Source: the human T2T-CHM13v2.0 reference genome, Homo sapiens. From it: a DNA stretch of 64,000 nucleotides. How positions within the stretch are numbered: position 1 is the stretch's first letter; each line of letters starts with the position of its first letter. The stretch lies in assembly GCF_009914755.1 (NCBI RefSeq), contig NC_060935.1, one strand, 5' to 3'. A program made the position numbers and the translations under genes. Under the pieces are notes generated by a model. That model saw nothing but the letters and a program-made list of their open reading frames with translations, had not been told where the DNA came from and did not search any database. Shown here piece by piece: positions 58,520 through 64,000 of this stretch.

Positions 58520-60370
58520 TTACAAATTCAAGATTTATATATATCTTTTTAAATGTTTGATTTATAAAAGTTGTTTTAAGTCACAGCATTTCTACTTTTC
58601 AATTTCAAATAAGATGTTAACAGAACACCATAAACATTCATTTAGTTCCCAGGAATACAACCCAAAACATCAAAATGCTTTCTAAAATCTTTATTTGTAG
58701 ACTTTTAAAAAAGATGTATAGCTGACTAATGCTAACCCAAACTAACATCAAGACTAAGGAAAATTTTATGTTATTACTCCACTTAAAAATAGAAACCCAA
58801 GGAACCGAATATTCTCACAAGTAAAATAAATATGCTTTGAAAGTTATTACAGTAAAAGATTAATAAGAATACCAATTTAAGCTGTCCTAATTACTAAAAG
58901 AGATAACACTATTCTGAGAACACAAAGTACAATCTTTAGAATCTCACTACGTTAATAAGGGCATTCTAAAACCAGCAATTTATCTCAAAAAAAGAAGGTC
59001 CCCTTTCCCCCACAAAAAAAGAAAGAAATTCACTAAGGGTAGTAAGAAGTATTTTTTTTTAATGATTTTTATGTCTACCAAATAAAGTGGCTTTAGTAGC
59101 TTATAATATATTGTTTTCTTCTCATGTTTGTTGAATAAAGCACTGCTACAAATTTTATGATCTATAATTACAGTCTGTAATTTTCATAGGTAGAAAATAT
59201 TGTTAAAATTCAGAAAATTTTCTTAAGATGTTCTAATAGTCTACAAAAGAAAAATAAAAACCAAGATTTTGTGATATATTTCATTTAGAGACTAGATCAC
59301 TAAACTTTAAAGGTGACCTAAAAATGTACCTCCATCTCATCACTTTCATCAGCTTTTGCCAAATTCCTCTATGACTCAAACTACTTAGAACACTCTGTAC
59401 AGCATTATTGATTGTATAATTAGGTTTGACATATCTCCAGAGATACTCTGACACCTCCCTTTTATTGCCTGTTTCTACAATACTGGTAGCATCCCAAAAG
59501 CAAAATTTGCTAAAGCAATATTAATAAAATAATTTATTATATCCTGCTATTCTACTCCCAGACACTGACTTTTGCATGTAACAAACTGTCAACTCTAATT
59601 TATACTTTTGTTGATGTCTGGCTTATAAGTACAAGTCTGACTTCAAGGATCAACTGAAACATTGACAACTTCTCTCATAATTAGACCCTAATATTAATGA
59701 TTCTTATTTACAACAGATTATCAGAAACTATTGCTGCATATACTAAGTCAAAGTTTTAATTTGTCCCTTCTGCAGGGGAAAATAAAAATCAGCAAGCTCA
59801 CATGCTAAGGCACCTCTTCTTCAGCTGGTGTTTTATAGTTATATGTGTTCACCTGGGGTACTAATGTTCATTTATAATACTGAGTAGGAAGGAAGGTGAG
59901 CTAGTTACTAACAAAGTAAAACACATCACACCTTTCATCTATTTTTATTATTAAATTTGAGATAATGCCAAAAATCAGAATAAATAACATGATGGCTATT
60001 CTACCTTTCAGGTCCTTTGTTAGCATGATAATAACTAAACTCCTATCAATAATTTACTACAAACTATTGCTATATATTTCATAAGACAAAAATTAAATTG
60101 AAAACTTTGAAAATCTATATATCACAGTTTCAAAGGCTTTTCAATTACTTATTTTATAAGACTGTCCCAGAGGTTAAAAATTCATGTTAACTTTGCATTT
60201 AATTAGCTGTTTTTTCTTTCACACCAAGAACCAAGCTCAACTAAAACAGAAACAACTGAATAGAAGCAGCTAATTTTACTCTGCAGTATTAGGCACAATT
60301 CAATGTCATTACTACTTTAAAAAGGTAAATGCATGTTTTTAAGAACTGTTAGGAAGGTTAGTTGATTTTA

Positions 60371-60580
<210 letters not shown>

Positions 60581-61099
60581 TTAGAAAGGAAAATTAACCA
60601 TAAAAGCAGAACATAAGATTGGAAACATTTTAAAAGAAACACCCAAGTAACAAAAAACTAGTATCTTGAAGTGCAAAAATCAAATGCTACTTTCTAATTC
60701 TGAAACCTAATTTACCTCAAACTTGTAGGCTTTAAAAATTCTGGAATAACGTGTCTTTGAAGATCACATACTTGAACTCAGTTTTTTATGAACGAGAAAA
60801 CTAAAGCTTAGAAAGGTTAACTAACATATGAGTTAGTAGAAGTTGTAGTAATAATAGTAGTAGATCACTCAGATATCTTAAATGTTATTCAGATGTTCTT
60901 TTGATTTCCTTCATTGTAGGGGAAGAAGAGAAGGCAAGAGCTTTTGGAACTCTTAAAAAACTGAGGAATGGGGCAGAGAAATTGGTCTCCCTGCCAAACA
61001 AAATAAGTCTACATGCTAACTTCAATCAACCAACTTTCAGTTGAGCCTTTTCAAAACACTATGATTTTTTTTTTAAAGTTTTTCTGAAAAGCATTTCTT

Positions 61100-61393
61100 A
61101 GCCAGGCACAGTGAATCACACCTGTAATCCCAACGCTTTGGGAGGCCAATGCGGGTGAATCGCTTGAGGTCAGGAGTTCGAGACCAGCCTGGCCAACATG
61201 GCAAAACCCTGTCTCTACTAAAAACACAAAAATCAGCTGGGTGTGGTGGCACACACCTATAATCCCAGCTACTCAGGAGGCTGGGGCACAAGAATCGTCT
61301 GGGAGGCGAAGGTTGCGGTGAGCCGAGATCACGCCACTGCACTCCAGCATGGGCAACAGAGCAAGACTCTGTCTCAGGAAAAAAAAAGAAAAA
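61100..61393 (+). mobile_element. AluS
   Basis: TSD GAAAAGCATTTCT on both sides. Confidence 0.92.
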
Positions 61394-64000
61394 GAAAAGC
61401 ATTTCTCTGAAAAACCTAACAAACCTACCTACTCTGACTACATAAAGTCACAGAATTTTTAAAACTTTAAAATATCTTATATATAATAAACTTCTCCACC
61501 AGAAGTGAATAACTCAGAATGCTGATTAAAACAGTCCAGCTTACAGAATATTTTAACACAATTATGTATTAAGTTACACATACTACATGCACAATGCTAT
61601 GCTAAATGCCAACAGAAAGAAGCTTCCTCAGGAGCTTGTTTTCTAAGTGTAGCAATAATAGATAAACATGCAGAACTTTAAACAATTCAAGAGTTATCCC
61701 AACTTCCAAATATAAAACTACTAAAGAGTTCCCAAATATGTAACTACTAAATGGGTATCAGATAATAAATGCTTTAGGATTTCAAAGAAAAAAGACATTG
61801 CTATAGAGTAGCCACTAGTGTATCACTAGTGTCCAGGCCCTGACAAATAGATAAAATTTCAATAATTAGAGTACACTGCAAATAAGAAAACTGATGATAA
61901 TAAAAATAATAAAGCCAGACCTAAGGCAATTTGGAAATTTACTGTTAGCATATAATATGGTTCAAAAATATTAAAGTTCTTTTTAGAAACAGAAGGAAGT
62001 TCATGGCTTTAGAGTAAAATTGTCCTCTAATGCTTATTGCTTGGCATTTTGAATGATCCTTAATATTCTGGAAACTTAGGTTTCTCATTTGTAAAATGTA
62101 GATTCTATTTATTTTCTAAGGTGAATAGGTGAATTAAATGAACTATAATAAGTAAGCTGACCAGCAACGTACCTGGCACGACATAATTACTCATGAAATG
62201 TTAGTTTATTTAGTTTATGACAGATGAGGATGTTAAAGTTCAAAACTGCAAGACTTGCTCAGGGTCACACAGCATTTAGTAGAAACGCTAATAACACTAT
62301 AACCTAAGCCTTTTGAGTCATTCCAGTGCCCCTTTCATAATATTATACTGCTCTCCTTTAGCAAAACCACACGAGTTAAAATCTAATCTTCGTGATTCAG
62401 AAAACAAAATCTTTCAGTGTCTCCGGGTCATCTCTTTGGTTGATTTTATTAGCTTTAATATTTTTTGTTATTTTGGTGGTTTCTTTCATTATAAAAATCA
62501 GTCATCACCTTGCTATAACAGAATACCAGGACAGAAGATAAAGTTGACTTTGTATTTATCCTGAAAGTTACTTCTAAGGAAATAAAGGCAACCTAACAGC
62601 CTTTATCAGTTATTTGTTTCTCATCAACCTACAGAGAAAAATTCTACTCCCACCTTCATTCTAGTGAAAAAAAATTAGAGGACAGCTGCATCAATAGAAC
62701 ATAATCTTTTCTTTCAAACAGATCAAAAGATCCTACTGCATTTATGTTTTTAAAAAATCATTAGAGTAGGAATACTGGAATTTCTGGCTTGTTTTCTAAA
62801 GTAGGAAAAAAAGGAATCCACATTAAATAGAACAAAGATCATATATAGAAAAAATAACTCTTCAAATTATTCTGGCAGCTAAGTTTTCATCATTTTCAAC
62901 TATAAGAAAGCACATTATCTAAATGTGAGTCTGGTAATTTAATGGACAAGGTACAAGCACAACAACGAGTAAGACAAATACAAGCTAAATGTTCAGTTTG
63001 AGTAAGGGCCAAGCAGACTGAGTAATTAAAAAAGCGTTTTCACCAGACATCCCTGTAGCTGAAAGACTAGACACTGCTAAAACATTGGCTTCATCTCTAA
63101 ACCACTTAGATTTTAAACGAATTCAAAAGGTGTCATAATACACTTTCATATTTTCTTTTAATTCCCATATAGACTGAACCCTGAATCAGACCTTCAAAAT
63201 CAGATGTCATGGAAGACAAATTATGTCCTACTATATTTAATTCAATACTTTCAGATTAAGAAATCACTTTAAAGGCAAAAATAGTTAATATGTACAAAAG
63301 AAAATGAGGATGAGCAAGTTCAGAGGGGAAAGCTCTGTTTCAGGCTGCATTGAAGAGTTTGAAATTCATGAACTAAGGATAGGTAAGGACATGAAGACTG
63401 GATTAGCCCTAATATCTATTTCCAGCCAAGATAGAATAACAAGGGCTGAGTTCATACTCTTGTCTGAAACAACCCAAGAAACCAAACGGAATATAGGAAA
63501 CAACAGTCTGCAAGACACGGCACATCAGGCAATGAAAGAGAGCAATCATTGAAAAATGGAAAGCGAATGAGATATGCCCAACAATTGTCCCAAATTACTA
63601 TCTTGAGAGCATTTGCAAAGTAAACACAGAAAGGGGAAACACAAGCAGAACCCAGTGGACTCTGAGTGAAAGACATGGAGCTGAGACATTGGGATAAGAG
63701 ATGGCTAGAGTTCTAAGGGAAAAGTACCAGAGAGGAGAGTGTAACACAGAGAGAAAACCTCAGAAATTTGCAGAGTCCTCCTTGAGTACTGAGCTGGATA
63801 CCAGTCACACATGTGAGGACACTATGAAAAGAAGCTGGGGAAAAAAAACAGCTCAAAGGATTAGAGGAAATAGTGCCCAGCACTCATACAGGGTCAGGAA
63901 TAGGTCCTGTTCCCACTGGTTCAGACTGGAAAGCCTAATAATTTATAGGGCACTGGGAAGAGAATTAGAAGGTTCTAAAATGGGAAATAATTACAACTAG

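Noticed and set aside
63410-64000. ORFs at the window end
   Set aside because: They appear to lie in an old L1M-like 5' region; family assignment too uncertain to list and no protein similarity recognised.

Overview
Human (primate) genomic DNA, recognised from protein sequence as the chr11p15 ARNTL/BMAL1-BTBD10 junction. The + strand carries the last 11 coding exons of the circadian bHLH-PAS factor BMAL1 (4242-25500). They splice to 1422 nt, i.e. 473 aa plus stop, matching residues 154-626, followed by the 3'UTR with AATAAA at 25985. The - strand carries the last 7 coding exons of BTBD10 (60572 down to 27575, 1327 nt) and its 3'UTR with AATAAA at 26781-26786, so the genes converge about 0.75 kb apart. 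Introns are full of repeats: a full-length, inactivated ~6.16-kb L1PA3/4-type LINE-1 inserted with a 12-bp TSD into an MST LTR, about 15 Alus, hAT DNA transposons, L2/MIR and an LTR3 solo LTR. I found no novel multi-gene system. The best leads are at RNA level: a GC-AG intron, NAGNAG and other alternative acceptors in BMAL1, a candidate in-frame cryptic exon in BTBD10, Alu pairs suited to circRNA formation and editing, an orphan polyadenylated retro-fragment nested in an LTR inside an Alu, and the L1 antisense promoter/ORF0. Repeat family names are from recalled consensus sequences, not from a RepeatMasker run.
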